Source: Treponemataceae bacterium
GTDB lineage: Bacteria > Spirochaetota > Spirochaetia > Treponematales > Rectinemataceae
Reading direction: 5' to 3'
Assembly: GCA_963678065.2 (NCBI GenBank)
Contig: CAXXVZ010000004.1
Span: forward strand, 1 to 64,000
Length of the DNA: 64,000 bases
Every line of letters starts with the position of its first letter. The stretch's first letter is position 1. Positions 10,540 through 20,593 of the stretch are shown here, in pieces. The position numbers and the translations under genes are program-made. The notes below the pieces were generated by a model. The model was not told where the DNA came from. It worked only from the letters and a program-made list of their open reading frames with translations, and ran no database searches.

Positions 10540-10848
10540 GGATATCCCCTCCTGTACAGAACGCAGTTTCAACAGCTTGAGTTTCCGAGCCCCGGAGCGC
10601 AGGCCCTGCGCAGACGCTTTCGCCTGCACCGTTCGTCGGAAACGATAGCTTGAGTCTCTGAAACCCGAAATGAACTAACCTGTCATAATCATGTGAATAA
10701 CCGGATATCGCAGTGCCCGCCTCGGCGACTCCTGCACTTTTTTGCCTTTACTGTCTTTTTATCGTTGATATATCGAGGCCGGAACGGCGGCTTGACCGCC
10801 GCGAAAAAAAGGGAGAGAGTGACCGGCAAAATCGTAGAGGAGGTGGCG

Positions 10849-11961
10849 ATGTCGGTATTCGCGGATCGCTTTGCGAGCCTTTCCGGACTGCTTTCGGATG
10901 AAGGATTCGACGCCGTGGCGCTCAATCCGGGGCCAAGTCTCAGCTATATTGCAGGACTCAATTTCCATCTGATGGAACGCCCGGTTCTGATGCTGCTCGC
11001 GCCGGGGCGCGAATCGGCCATCGTCCTGCCGCGACTCGAGACCGGCAAGCTGGATTCTCTGGATATTTCCGTGCGCGCCTTCCCGTATGCCGAGGACCCC
11101 GCCCTATGGAAAGAAGCCTTCCGCGACGCCTTCCGCTTCATGGGCCTTCCGGGAAAGCGTATCGGCATCGAGGGGCGATCGCTGCGCCTCCTCGAATACG
11201 GCTTCATGGCTGAGGCGGCGGATGGGGCGAGCTTCGTCGAGGCAGGCGAAGTTCTGGGCAGGCTGCGACTGTGCAAGAGTATCGATGAAATCAATACGCT
11301 GCGAAACGCGGTGCGCATCGCGCAGGCAGCCCTGGAAGCGACACTTCCCCAGGTCAGGATCGGCATGACCGAACGCGAGTTCGCATCGGAGTTGACGATC
11401 CAGTTGATCCGCGCGGGTTCGGATCCCGGCCGCACCGGTTCCCCCATTGTGTCCTGCGGCCCCAACGGAGCGGACCCGCACGCCTCCCCTTCCGAGAAAG
11501 AGATGCAAGCCGGCGAACTCCTCGTCGTGGACTGGGGTGCCTCATTCATGGGATACGGATCCGACCTGACACGCACCTTCGCCATCGGCGAAATCGACGC
11601 CGGGAGCGAGAGGATACACCGCCTCGTCGCTGCGGCGAACGCCGCCGGCAGAAGCGCCGGAGGACCGGGCATCAGCTGTCAGGCAGTGGACAGCGCGGCG
11701 AGGAGCGTGATTGCCAATGCCGGATACGGGGCTTTCTTCACTCACCGGACCGGCCATGGCATCGGCCTCGAAGGCCACGAAGCTCCGTATATCAGGGAGG
11801 GCAACCCGCAGGTTCTGGAACCCGGCATGGTCTACACCGTGGAGCCGGGCATCTATCTGCCCGACCGCCTGGGCGTGAGGATCGAAGACGACGTGGCGGT
11901 GACCGAAACGGGGACCGAATGCCTTTCCGACATGCCTCGCGAGGCGCGCGTCATCGGCTGA
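10849..11961 (+). CDS. M24-family Xaa-Pro peptidase
   Basis: Creatinase-like N-domain; DPH, VDWG..YGSDLTRT, HRTGHGIGLEGHE, TVEPGIY and GVRIEDD; GAGGAGG RBS. Confidence 0.93.
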   Translation: MSVFADRFASLSGLLSDEGFDAVALNPGPSLSYIAGLNFHLMERPVLMLLAPGRESAIVLPRLETGKLDSLDISVRAFPYAEDPALWKEAFRDAFRFMGLPGKRIGIEGRSLRLLEYGFMAEAADGASFVEAGEVLGRLRLCKSIDEINTLRNAVRIAQAALEATLPQVRIGMTEREFASELTIQLIRAGSDPGRTGSPIVSCGPNGADPHASPSEKEMQAGELLVVDWGASFMGYGSDLTRTFAIGEIDAGSERIHRLVAAANAAGRSAGGPGISCQAVDSAARSVIANAGYGAFFTHRTGHGIGLEGHEAPYIREGNPQVLEPGMVYTVEPGIYLPDRLGVRIEDDVAVTETGTECLSDMPREARVIG

Positions 11962-12009
11962 ACGTATCGTTCGGGATCATTCAGGATCGCTGTTGCCCGG
12001 CGGGGCCGG

Positions 12010-13314
12010 TCAGCGGAATTCCGCCAGAGCCTTGTCCAGCCGTCCGTAGCATTCCCGGAGCGTCTTGTCCACACCCTGGGAGCCCGTGAAATACGCGGTA
12101 AACTCCTCATCGAGAATCTGTTTCGCGTACGTCGCCCCGAGATTGATCGGCTGGTTCGCGACCACGGGCGTTTCGAAGAACACGATTCGCTCTTTTTCGT
12201 TGAGCCCCATCTGCCTGGCCAGAATTTCTTCCGTTTCGGACGTCAGGAGGGCCGGTTTGCTGCCCGCGGCCGCTATCACTTTCTGCCCCTCGATTCCCGC
12301 GACCCAGGAGAGATAGGTGAAGGCCGCCTCGGGATTCTTCGTGGCGCCATTGACGCAGCCTTTGGTAGCGAGACCAGAGCCCACGTAGCTCTTTTCGTCG
12401 CAGGGAATCCGCGCCATGCCCCAGGGGAATTTGAGCTCCCCGCTTTCCTTCGAGGCGTTCAGCCTCCCGACAAACCATTCTCCCGCCATGACCATCGCGG
12501 CCTTGCCGGAAACGAAGGCCGATGTCGTGGACATGTTGGTGGCTTTGATCTCCGCGACAGTCGGCTGGGAAGCGTCATCGTCGGTCAGTGCCCTGTAGTA
12601 GACGAGGGCTTCCCGGACCGCGGGGGCTCCGATGTCGGTGTGGTATGTGTCGTCGACTATCTTGATGCCCGACTGCAGGGCCTTCAATACCGGCATATGG
12701 TACATCGTGGGCTCCATGAAGGAGCCGTATCGTTTCTGCCTGCCGCTTCCCTTTGTCAGGGCTTTCGCGACCTGCCTGTACATCGACCAGGTATAGGTAC
12801 CGCCGGGATATGGCAGGCCGGACTCGTCGAAAGCATTCTTGTTGTAGAACAGATAGAATCCCGCGCCCCTGTAGGGAAGCGCGTAGGTTTTTCCCTCGCA
12901 CTTGAGCTGCCCCACATAGGGTTCATAGGAACTCATGTCGAAGCCGCGGGCGGCGATCAGGCCGTCGAGAGGATAGGCAAGCCCTTTTCGCACGTAACCG
13001 TAAAAGGCCTCCATTTCGCGCATGAAATACACATCGATGTCCTCGCCTCCTGCGAGGGATACAAAGAGTTTGTTCTGGTATTCTTTCCACGGAATCTGGA
13101 GCAGATCCACATGGATGGCGCCCTGGCGCGCGTTGAAGGCATCCGTGGCGGCTTTGATCGCATACTCGTTGTCCCAGGAATAGACCTTGAGAGTGGTTCC
13201 TTTGCCGGTCTCTTTTGCCGGGGCCGCACCGCGCCCCGGCGAACAGGAAACCGATGCGAGCGCAAGCGCGATCAACAGTGCGCGCAGGACCCATCCCGCG
13301 GTTTTCTCCCACAT
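12010..13314 (-). CDS. Stand-alone sugar-binding protein, probable lipoprotein
   Basis: LALASVSC lipobox-like end; YALPYR...LFYNKNAFDESGL...YTW motif; no permease in its own unit. Confidence 0.88.
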   Translation of the reverse strand: MWEKTAGWVLRALLIALALASVSCSPGRGAAPAKETGKGTTLKVYSWDNEYAIKAATDAFNARQGAIHVDLLQIPWKEYQNKLFVSLAGGEDIDVYFMREMEAFYGYVRKGLAYPLDGLIAARGFDMSSYEPYVGQLKCEGKTYALPYRGAGFYLFYNKNAFDESGLPYPGGTYTWSMYRQVAKALTKGSGRQKRYGSFMEPTMYHMPVLKALQSGIKIVDDTYHTDIGAPAVREALVYYRALTDDDASQPTVAEIKATNMSTTSAFVSGKAAMVMAGEWFVGRLNASKESGELKFPWGMARIPCDEKSYVGSGLATKGCVNGATKNPEAAFTYLSWVAGIEGQKVIAAAGSKPALLTSETEEILARQMGLNEKERIVFFETPVVANQPINLGATYAKQILDEEFTAYFTGSQGVDKTLRECYGRLDKALAEFR

Positions 13315-13623
13315 GCAATCCTCCCGAGAAGCGACAGGCTCGTATTCTAGCGTCCAAATGCGGGATTGTGAATGAAAAACAAAACGAAACACCTCCCCGG
13401 GAAAGCGAATCGCGATCTTCCGCCGGGCACTTCTCTCCGGAAGGACAAAAAAAGACAGGAAAGCGAAGGAAGTGCACGTTCTTCGCATCTCTCCGGAGCG
13501 CGGCCCGACCGAACCCAAAATCTTCCAGTATCCTGCCGGTATTTCTCCTTTCTCCGTCCGCGAAACCGGGTTAGCCTCCTGTCAGCGCGGAACCTCCTCC
13601 GTTTTCCGCGCGGGGAGGCTCCC

Positions 13624-14583
13624 ATGGACAAACGAACTCGTGTTCTGAACGCGCTGGAAGGCAAGGCCGTAGACAGACCCCCTATCAGTTTCTGGCATCA
13701 CTATTCGGGCGCCCGCGCAGAGGGCGAAACCTGCGTCGCGTCCCATCTCGACTATTACAGGACGACAGGCATCGATTTCATCAAAATCATGAGCGACGGA
13801 TTCTTCGGCTATCCCCTGGAATCCGGGATAAAGACGGCGTCCGACTGGAAAGACTTGCGGCCGCTCGCCAAAAACCACCCGTATATAGAAAAGCAGGTGG
13901 AGCGCGTCAGGCGCATCAACGAGGAGCTGGCGGGCGAATGCTGCAGCTTCTACACGGTTTTCGCTCCCTTTTCGATAATTCGTTTCGCGACGAGCGATGA
14001 GCTGGTCATGGCCCATCTCAAGGAGGGCAGGGATTCCGTTCTTCAGGCCCTGCAGGTCATCGCCGAAGGCAACGCGGTACTCGCCGACCGGATCATCCGG
14101 GAGGGCGGCTGCGAAGGCGCCTTCCTCGCGTTCCAGGGGGGAGAGAGGGACAGGTTCTCGGCCGATCAGTACCGGGAGCTGATAGCTCCGAGCGACCTCT
14201 CTGTCGTCGATGCGGCGAACGCCGCCTCATCCCACAATATCGCCCACCTCTGCGCCTGGGCGGGATTCAAAAACCGCCTCGAGGTCTGGCGCGACTATCC
14301 CGTCCCGGTGTTCAACTGGGCGGTCCACATCGAGGGAATGTCTCTGGCCGAGGGACGTCGATACTTCGGCGGGAAGACAGTCATGGGCGGCTACGACAAC
14401 CGCAACGAAGGAATCCTCTACTCCGGCACTGAGGAAGCCATCAAGAAGGCGACGAGAGAGATTCTCGGAGCGAATACAGATACAGGACTCATCCTCGGAG
14501 CCGATTGCTCGCTGCCATCCGATATCGACGAAAATCGCGTGCGATGGGCCGTCGAGGCGGTATCGGATTTTGTCCGGCCGTGA
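13624..14583 (+). CDS. Uroporphyrinogen decarboxylase / MtaA-CmuA fold protein of unknown substrate
   Basis: MDKRTRVLNALEGKAVDRPP, DFIKIMSDG, HLC and ILGADCSLP motifs; GGAGG RBS. Confidence 0.85.
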   Translation: MDKRTRVLNALEGKAVDRPPISFWHHYSGARAEGETCVASHLDYYRTTGIDFIKIMSDGFFGYPLESGIKTASDWKDLRPLAKNHPYIEKQVERVRRINEELAGECCSFYTVFAPFSIIRFATSDELVMAHLKEGRDSVLQALQVIAEGNAVLADRIIREGGCEGAFLAFQGGERDRFSADQYRELIAPSDLSVVDAANAASSHNIAHLCAWAGFKNRLEVWRDYPVPVFNWAVHIEGMSLAEGRRYFGGKTVMGGYDNRNEGILYSGTEEAIKKATREILGANTDTGLILGADCSLPSDIDENRVRWAVEAVSDFVRP

Positions 14584-14697
14584 CCAGCTTTGCGGCCAGC
14601 CGTTCGGGATTCATGGAAGCCCGGACTCGATCCGGAGGTGGACGCCATACAAAGACCGCGCTTGAAGGAGAGAGGAGTCCGCCTATATAGTGGGGCG

Positions 14698-16509
14698 ATG
14701 GGATTATTTACCCTGAACGATCCGAAGAATCCCTTCCGCCCCCGTCTGAGGTCCTTCCTCCACTCCCTGCGTTTCAAGCTTCTCATCTCGCATACGGCTC
14801 TGGCCATTGCGCCGCTCGTCCTCGCGAGCCTCGTGTTTTACCTTTTCCTGATCGACGAGGTGCAGAGAAAGGTGAGCGACTCGACACTCGACAAGCTCTC
14901 GGCCGCGAGCGGCATCATCGACCAGAAGGTCCGGCATGTCCTCGGTTTCGTCGACGGATTCATGTCCGAGGAAGACGTGAACAAAATCCTGAGCCGGCAA
15001 TTCACGGGCTACATCTACAAGGATGTGAACATTGTCAGCGCCGCCCTGGCCAAGAGTTCGGACTCGGGCCAGCTTATCCGGTCCATAACACTGGCGACCA
15101 GGACCGGCCACATCTACCGGAACGGAACATACTCGGGCCTGGATATGGACTCCATCATGCGGGCAGTGCTCTACACTTCCTCCCGCGGCAGCTCATCCCA
15201 CTCGAACATCCGCTGGCTCGGCGTGGGAAAGAGCAGCTCGATGATGCTGCCCGGAGAACCCGTCCTTCGCCTCGCGGGCATAATCAGGAAATTCACGGAT
15301 TTTTCCGACCTTGGAATCCTGTACCTCGAAATATCCTCGAAGGAACTCTACGATTTCAGTTCCCTTGCCGGGAACGGGCGGAAAATATTCCTCGCCGACC
15401 AGAACGGACTCGTGCTCGCGGCCTCGGATGCCTCGTACAGCTCGAAAAACCTGGCGGACTTCGGTTTCGACATGTCCCGCCTCTCGGGCGGGAGCGGCTA
15501 TTTCCGGAAAAAAATCGACGGCGAGAACATGCTCATCTCCTGTTTCAGTTCGTCGCTCACGGGCTGGAAGGTCATAGAATACCGGACAGTCGCTTCCCTT
15601 TTGCCCGAGACGACCTACTTCACCGGTTTTTTCCTCGTCTTCGTCGCCCTCCTTACGATTTTCGTGGGAGTCCTCTCCCTCGTGATCTCATCGAGGATTT
15701 CACGTCCCATCGTGAAGCTCTCGGAGCTCATGCGCTGCGTCGAGGGCGGGGATCTCGACGTGAGCATACGGGTCGAGGGGAAGGACGAAATCCGGCACCT
15801 GAGCGAAAGCTTCAACAGCATGGTGAGCCAGCTCCGGGAGCTGATAGCGCGGATCTACGAACAGGAGAAGGCCAAGAAAAAGGCCGAGTTCGAGGTCCTT
15901 CAGGCCCAGATCAATCCGCATTTCCTGTACAACACGCTGGGCAACATACAGTGGATGGCCATCATCCACAAACTTCCCAGCATAGCGGACATGACATCGT
16001 CTCTCATAAAGCTTCTGAAATTGAGCCTGGCATCCCCGAATCCCATGATCGAACTCGAAAAAGAGGTGGACATGCTCGTCCAGTACGTCCACATCCTGAA
16101 TGTCCGGTACAACAACAGCATCGATTTCATCCACACAATCGGGGAGGGCCTGGAGTCGAGCATGGTACCCCGGCTCATCCTGCAGCCGCTCGTGGAGAAC
16201 GCCATAGTTCACGGAATGGAAAACAGCCACGATCAGGGCCGAATCGAATTGATCTGTGAGAAAGAGGGCGACGATCTCATCCTCCTTCTCCGCGACTCGG
16301 GTTCCGGAATGAGCGAGGAAAAACTCTCAGGCCTCCTCGGCGCGGGGGAGACTCAAAGCGGGCGCAGAGGCATAGGTCTGCGCAATGTCAACGAGAGGAT
16401 CAGACTGTATTACGGCGAAAAGTACGGTCTCGGCCTTCACAGCGAATACGGTGAAGGAACGACGATCACCGTGCGGATACCCATACAGATTTCGTCCGGG
16501 GAAGGGTGA
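14698..16509 (+). CDS. YesM/LytS-like sensor histidine kinase (Cache-HAMP-His_kinase)
   Basis: Two TMs; HAMP (DEIRHLSESFNSM); LQAQINPHFLYNTL, LQPLVENAIVHG, GIGLRNVNERI. Start codon uncertain. Confidence 0.92.
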   Translation: MGLFTLNDPKNPFRPRLRSFLHSLRFKLLISHTALAIAPLVLASLVFYLFLIDEVQRKVSDSTLDKLSAASGIIDQKVRHVLGFVDGFMSEEDVNKILSRQFTGYIYKDVNIVSAALAKSSDSGQLIRSITLATRTGHIYRNGTYSGLDMDSIMRAVLYTSSRGSSSHSNIRWLGVGKSSSMMLPGEPVLRLAGIIRKFTDFSDLGILYLEISSKELYDFSSLAGNGRKIFLADQNGLVLAASDASYSSKNLADFGFDMSRLSGGSGYFRKKIDGENMLISCFSSSLTGWKVIEYRTVASLLPETTYFTGFFLVFVALLTIFVGVLSLVISSRISRPIVKLSELMRCVEGGDLDVSIRVEGKDEIRHLSESFNSMVSQLRELIARIYEQEKAKKKAEFEVLQAQINPHFLYNTLGNIQWMAIIHKLPSIADMTSSLIKLLKLSLASPNPMIELEKEVDMLVQYVHILNVRYNNSIDFIHTIGEGLESSMVPRLILQPLVENAIVHGMENSHDQGRIELICEKEGDDLILLLRDSGSGMSEEKLSGLLGAGETQSGRRGIGLRNVNERIRLYYGEKYGLGLHSEYGEGTTITVRIPIQISSGEG

Positions 16510-16513
16510 TTGC

Positions 16514-18106
16514 ATGCTGCGAGTCCTTATTGTAGAAGACGAGGCCCTGGTCAGGATCGGACTCGTTTCGGCCATCGATTGGGAAGGGAACGGATACAGC
16601 CTCGTCGGGGAAGCTTCGGACGGAGAGGAGGCCCTGGAACTCTGCCGGCGGCTCAAGCCGCACATCGTCATCACCGATATCCGGATGCCCAAAATGGACG
16701 GGCTGGAGTTCGTGCGCAGACTCAAGGAAATCCTGCCCCGGACCAGGGTATTGATCCTGAGCTGCCACGACGAGTTCGGTTTCGCGCGGGAAGCCCTGAA
16801 ACTCGGGGTCGAGGATTACATCCTCAAGATGGATGTATCGCCCGCGACGCTTGTAGAATCGCTCGCTCTGGTCAAGGCGAAATGTCTGGCAGAAAAGCAC
16901 GACGCGGAGGAAGCGGATCGGCCCGGAATTGCGGATCTCTCCGTCGTCGAATCGATCCTGCGCGGCGACCCTTCCGGAATCGCGTCGGCCGCTTCCCTCG
17001 ACCCTGTTTTCGCAGGCGGAAAGCTCGTTGTCCTGTATGTCGCGCCGGACAGAAGTCCGAACGACCGCGAACTGCCCTACAGCCGCAACCGACTCCTCGT
17101 CGATTCCATACTGGGACTTTTCAGGGATTGCCTCAAACGCCATGTGCCGAACCTGTCCCTCATCATGCCCGAGGAATCGATAGCGAGTGTTCTCGCCTTC
17201 GACGAAGTCTGCAGCGATCTGAAAGTGCGCGACGAACTGGAAAACGCCATACGCAAACTCAAGGAATCCATGTCCCGCAGTCTCGGCGTCAGCATCTCCG
17301 TGGGCGTCTCGAGGGCGCGGCGGGGGCTCGAGAACCTCGCCCTCTCGTATGAGGAAGCGCGGCAGGCCTGCGGCATGAAGTTCTTCTACGGTCCGGGCAA
17401 AGTCTTTTTTTCCGGCAGGCCGGACATCGTGGTGACCGGAACCGACGCCTGCTACACGCCCAGACCGGGGACAATCGCCGAGGCCGTCCTGGACTGCGAC
17501 AGGGCGAAGCTTCTCGACATGATTCAGGAAGCCAAACGGCACTTCCTCGAGCATGGGGCGAAAGACCGGGATGTCAAACTGTTTTTCTACCGTCTCACCT
17601 TCGATTACATAGATCAGATCGAGACCATGGGCGGAAATTACAGGACCGTGCTCGCCGATGAGGTCGCGTGGATAGAGCGGATCATGAAGGCGGAAAACAT
17701 CGATGAAATCGCGGACCACGCCGTGGCTCTCACCGAAAGGCTTCTGGAATTCGTCAGAGAGCACAGGACGGAGCACAGGCAAAGAATCATCGGCAAGGCG
17801 CACGCCTACATCGACGCGAATTTCGCCTCCGACATCTGTCTCGATTCCCTGTCGGAACACCTCAACATCAACAGCTCGTATTTCTGCAAGATCTACCGCC
17901 AGACCACGGGGAGCACCTTCATAGAGCGGCTGACGAGAGTGCGTCTGGAGAAGGCGAAGACCTTGCTGCAATCCACCGATTGCATGGTCTACGACATCGC
18001 GGAAAAAGTCGGCTACCGCAACCCCGAATATTTCTGCAGGCTGTTCAAAAAAACTACCGGGCTCACTCCGATGCAATTCCGGGTTTCCTCGCAGCGAGAC
18101 GCATAG
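16514..18106 (+). CDS. YesN-like response regulator (REC + AraC HTH)
   Basis: VLIVEDE, ITDIRMPKMDG, DYILK; C-terminal INSSYFCK and VGYRNPEYFCRLFKK. Confidence 0.93.
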   Translation: MLRVLIVEDEALVRIGLVSAIDWEGNGYSLVGEASDGEEALELCRRLKPHIVITDIRMPKMDGLEFVRRLKEILPRTRVLILSCHDEFGFAREALKLGVEDYILKMDVSPATLVESLALVKAKCLAEKHDAEEADRPGIADLSVVESILRGDPSGIASAASLDPVFAGGKLVVLYVAPDRSPNDRELPYSRNRLLVDSILGLFRDCLKRHVPNLSLIMPEESIASVLAFDEVCSDLKVRDELENAIRKLKESMSRSLGVSISVGVSRARRGLENLALSYEEARQACGMKFFYGPGKVFFSGRPDIVVTGTDACYTPRPGTIAEAVLDCDRAKLLDMIQEAKRHFLEHGAKDRDVKLFFYRLTFDYIDQIETMGGNYRTVLADEVAWIERIMKAENIDEIADHAVALTERLLEFVREHRTEHRQRIIGKAHAYIDANFASDICLDSLSEHLNINSSYFCKIYRQTTGSTFIERLTRVRLEKAKTLLQSTDCMVYDIAEKVGYRNPEYFCRLFKKTTGLTPMQFRVSSQRDA

Positions 18107-18121
18107 GACATCGCGAAAATC

Positions 18122-20416
18122 TCAAAGTTTTCTGATCGCTAACCCCCGGGCTTCGATATCGAAATCGAAAACTTCGCCGTTTTCGCCTTGCACGGTTGTC
18201 GTTTCGCGGTTTTCGCCGTTGTTGACGACCGCGAGCGTGCGTGAGCCGGGGAAGTACGAACACTCCGTCTCGATGTTCGAGGATGTCCAGAGCCCGTACG
18301 AAGCTTCTTCTCCCGCGGCCCAGTGCACGGCGCGCGAAAGAAGACGGCGGCAGGCGGCAGTCGTATCGAAGCCGGAGAAGTAGACTGCGCGGCCGCCCCC
18401 ATAGGGGTGCGCAGTGATCCGGGGGCTGCCCGTATCATCGGCGATGACTTCCGTCGCGGCGTCGGTCACGAATATATCGCCGGTCTCCCGGTTGAAGCGC
18501 GGCGCCAGGCCTGCGGGAGACTCGCCAGCGGGATCCCTCGCAAAATCACGGGCCAGAAAGTGGCGGCCGGTCGGTTTCGCGTAAAGCCGCTTGGACCGCG
18601 CGATTGTCGAGCCGGTCTCCCTGTCGACGCCGAATATCGACGAGAGCCTGAAGAAGTTCATTCCACCGGCGCAGGCGCTCGGCTCGCCGACGCCGATGAG
18701 TCCGCCGCCTGCGGCGACCCAGTCCGCGATTTTCTCGACGAGGACGGGATCGGCCCATTCCGTCCCGCCGGACCAGGCGCTACCCGCGCGACCCGCGTTC
18801 ACGATCACGTCCAGATCTCCAGGAACGCCAGCTGCGCACAGATCGGCGAAGCTGAGGAATTTTACTTCGAAGGGAAGGCCCGCGAGCGCCTCGATGACGC
18901 GCAACAGCTCGAGCTCGGGGTGCTCGTGCAGATGTCCCGAGCAGGACCAGGAGCGCAGGGCCCCCCAGGCGGTGAGCACGCCCACGCGGCAGGGTGCGGT
19001 CCAAGGCGCGCCCGCCGTGTGGAGAGCCTTCAGTGTCCGGAATTCGTCGGCGAGTTTTCCGATGCAGTCGATGAAATCCGGAAAGGGCTCCACGAGGTGC
19101 GGATAGCCGCCCAGACCTATGCGGTCCACACCCGCGCAAAGGAGAGCCCGGCGCGCGACGGTCCAGTAGTTTTTGGCATCGCGGGTCGGATCGCCGCCGG
19201 GGGCGAAAGTCGGCTCCCCCTTGAGGCCGGTCGGGAAGAGGTAGGGGTGGAGGCGGATTTCGCGGGTCGCGACACCCTTCACGCCCGCGCAGAGGCGCAC
19301 TTCGAAGGCGTTGAACACGCATTTGATGATGCCGTCGAATCCGATCTCGGCGAAGCGGCTGGAGTACGGTTCCACGCCTATCCAGTGGTCGTCGTAGAAG
19401 ACGAAGGCCTTCTTGCCGTATCTGTGCACGAGGTCGACGCATTCCCGACCGAAGCCGACCACGAAGCCGTGTACGAAGTCCATCCAGTCCCGGTAGACCT
19501 TCGAGGGCGGATTGTGGGTGCTGTTGTAGCGGCCCGCGACGACGAAATCCTCGGAGCGCGGGCGATAGCCTTTTTCAGCCTCGAATGTGCGGAGCATGCA
19601 GGGATTCACGGCCATGTCGTAGGAGGCCCAGTCGGAATAGACAAAGCGCAAAGCCGGATCGTCGCCCCAGAACCAGCAGAAATTGTAGAAAAGTGAAGTG
19701 AAGCGCACGACGGAGGTGTGCGGATGGGCGATGAGCCAGGCCTCAAGGTACTCGAGGAGGACGGCACGCGTCTCCGGGTAAGCGGGCTCCACGGAGGTCA
19801 GGCGCTCACGGTCGCCCCAGTTGTTCGTGATGTGGTTGTACATGGAAATTTCTTCCCAGACCCGGTAGACGAGGAAGTTGACGGTGTAGGCGTGGCGCCG
19901 CGTCGCCTTCCTGATGCGCAGGACTCCGTCGCCTGAATGGCCGTCAACTCCCGAGACGGCGCTTCCGGCGCTTCCGCGTCCCGGAGCGTCGCGCCCCGAG
20001 CCGTCGGAGACGAACTCCCAGTCGGACGTGGGCACTTCGTTTCCGGTAGTCCGATCGAAGACCTGCCACCACTCTTTCGGATCTTCGTCGGCGTTCACGA
20101 CGAACTGGTCCTTCGAGAAGCCGGCGAGGAGCCGGATTGTCACAGTGGAATCGCTCGCCTCGACGGGAAAGCTCATGAGGTAGTTCTGCTGCACCTTCTT
20201 CGGATTCTTCTTTGCCCAGGCGTTGACCGAGCGCACGAGGCAGATGGTCGAGTAGATCGAGCGGCCGGAGTCGAGGAGCTCATCGGAGAGCTCGGTTCCG
20301 TCGCTGTCGCGGATAGTGTCGGCGCCCCAGGCATCGGCCAGCCTCAGGGTCAGTTTTTCGAATCCGGCCTCGCCGGGCAGGGTAAAATCGCCCCGGGGCG
20401 CTTTCTCGTCGCTCAT
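18122..20416 (-). CDS. gnpA: GH112 beta-galactoside phosphorylase (family of 1,3-beta-galactosyl-HexNAc phosphorylase; possibly the galactosyl-beta-1,4-L-rhamnose type)
   Basis: FTLPGE, WGADTIRDSDGT, MYNHITNNW, VVRFTSLFY, DHWIGVEPY, HPYLFP, DRIGLGGY and GVGEPS; GAGGAG RBS. The symbol is family-level only. Confidence 0.88.
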   Translation of the reverse strand: MSDEKAPRGDFTLPGEAGFEKLTLRLADAWGADTIRDSDGTELSDELLDSGRSIYSTICLVRSVNAWAKKNPKKVQQNYLMSFPVEASDSTVTIRLLAGFSKDQFVVNADEDPKEWWQVFDRTTGNEVPTSDWEFVSDGSGRDAPGRGSAGSAVSGVDGHSGDGVLRIRKATRRHAYTVNFLVYRVWEEISMYNHITNNWGDRERLTSVEPAYPETRAVLLEYLEAWLIAHPHTSVVRFTSLFYNFCWFWGDDPALRFVYSDWASYDMAVNPCMLRTFEAEKGYRPRSEDFVVAGRYNSTHNPPSKVYRDWMDFVHGFVVGFGRECVDLVHRYGKKAFVFYDDHWIGVEPYSSRFAEIGFDGIIKCVFNAFEVRLCAGVKGVATREIRLHPYLFPTGLKGEPTFAPGGDPTRDAKNYWTVARRALLCAGVDRIGLGGYPHLVEPFPDFIDCIGKLADEFRTLKALHTAGAPWTAPCRVGVLTAWGALRSWSCSGHLHEHPELELLRVIEALAGLPFEVKFLSFADLCAAGVPGDLDVIVNAGRAGSAWSGGTEWADPVLVEKIADWVAAGGGLIGVGEPSACAGGMNFFRLSSIFGVDRETGSTIARSKRLYAKPTGRHFLARDFARDPAGESPAGLAPRFNRETGDIFVTDAATEVIADDTGSPRITAHPYGGGRAVYFSGFDTTAACRRLLSRAVHWAAGEEASYGLWTSSNIETECSYFPGSRTLAVVNNGENRETTTVQGENGEVFDFDIEARGLAIRKL

Positions 20417-20593
20417 CGCACTCTCCTCGTCGCTGTCGCAGGTGTACAGGCGCATTCCCGCATCCATGTCCGAATCATGAAGTGATCTCTGTTGCAGTTT
20501 TGCAGACCCGGCCCGGAAGGTCCATGCAAAAATGCCGCCATTTCATGGAAAAAATTATCCGGTAGCGAATACCGCATGGCCGACGAGCGGCAG

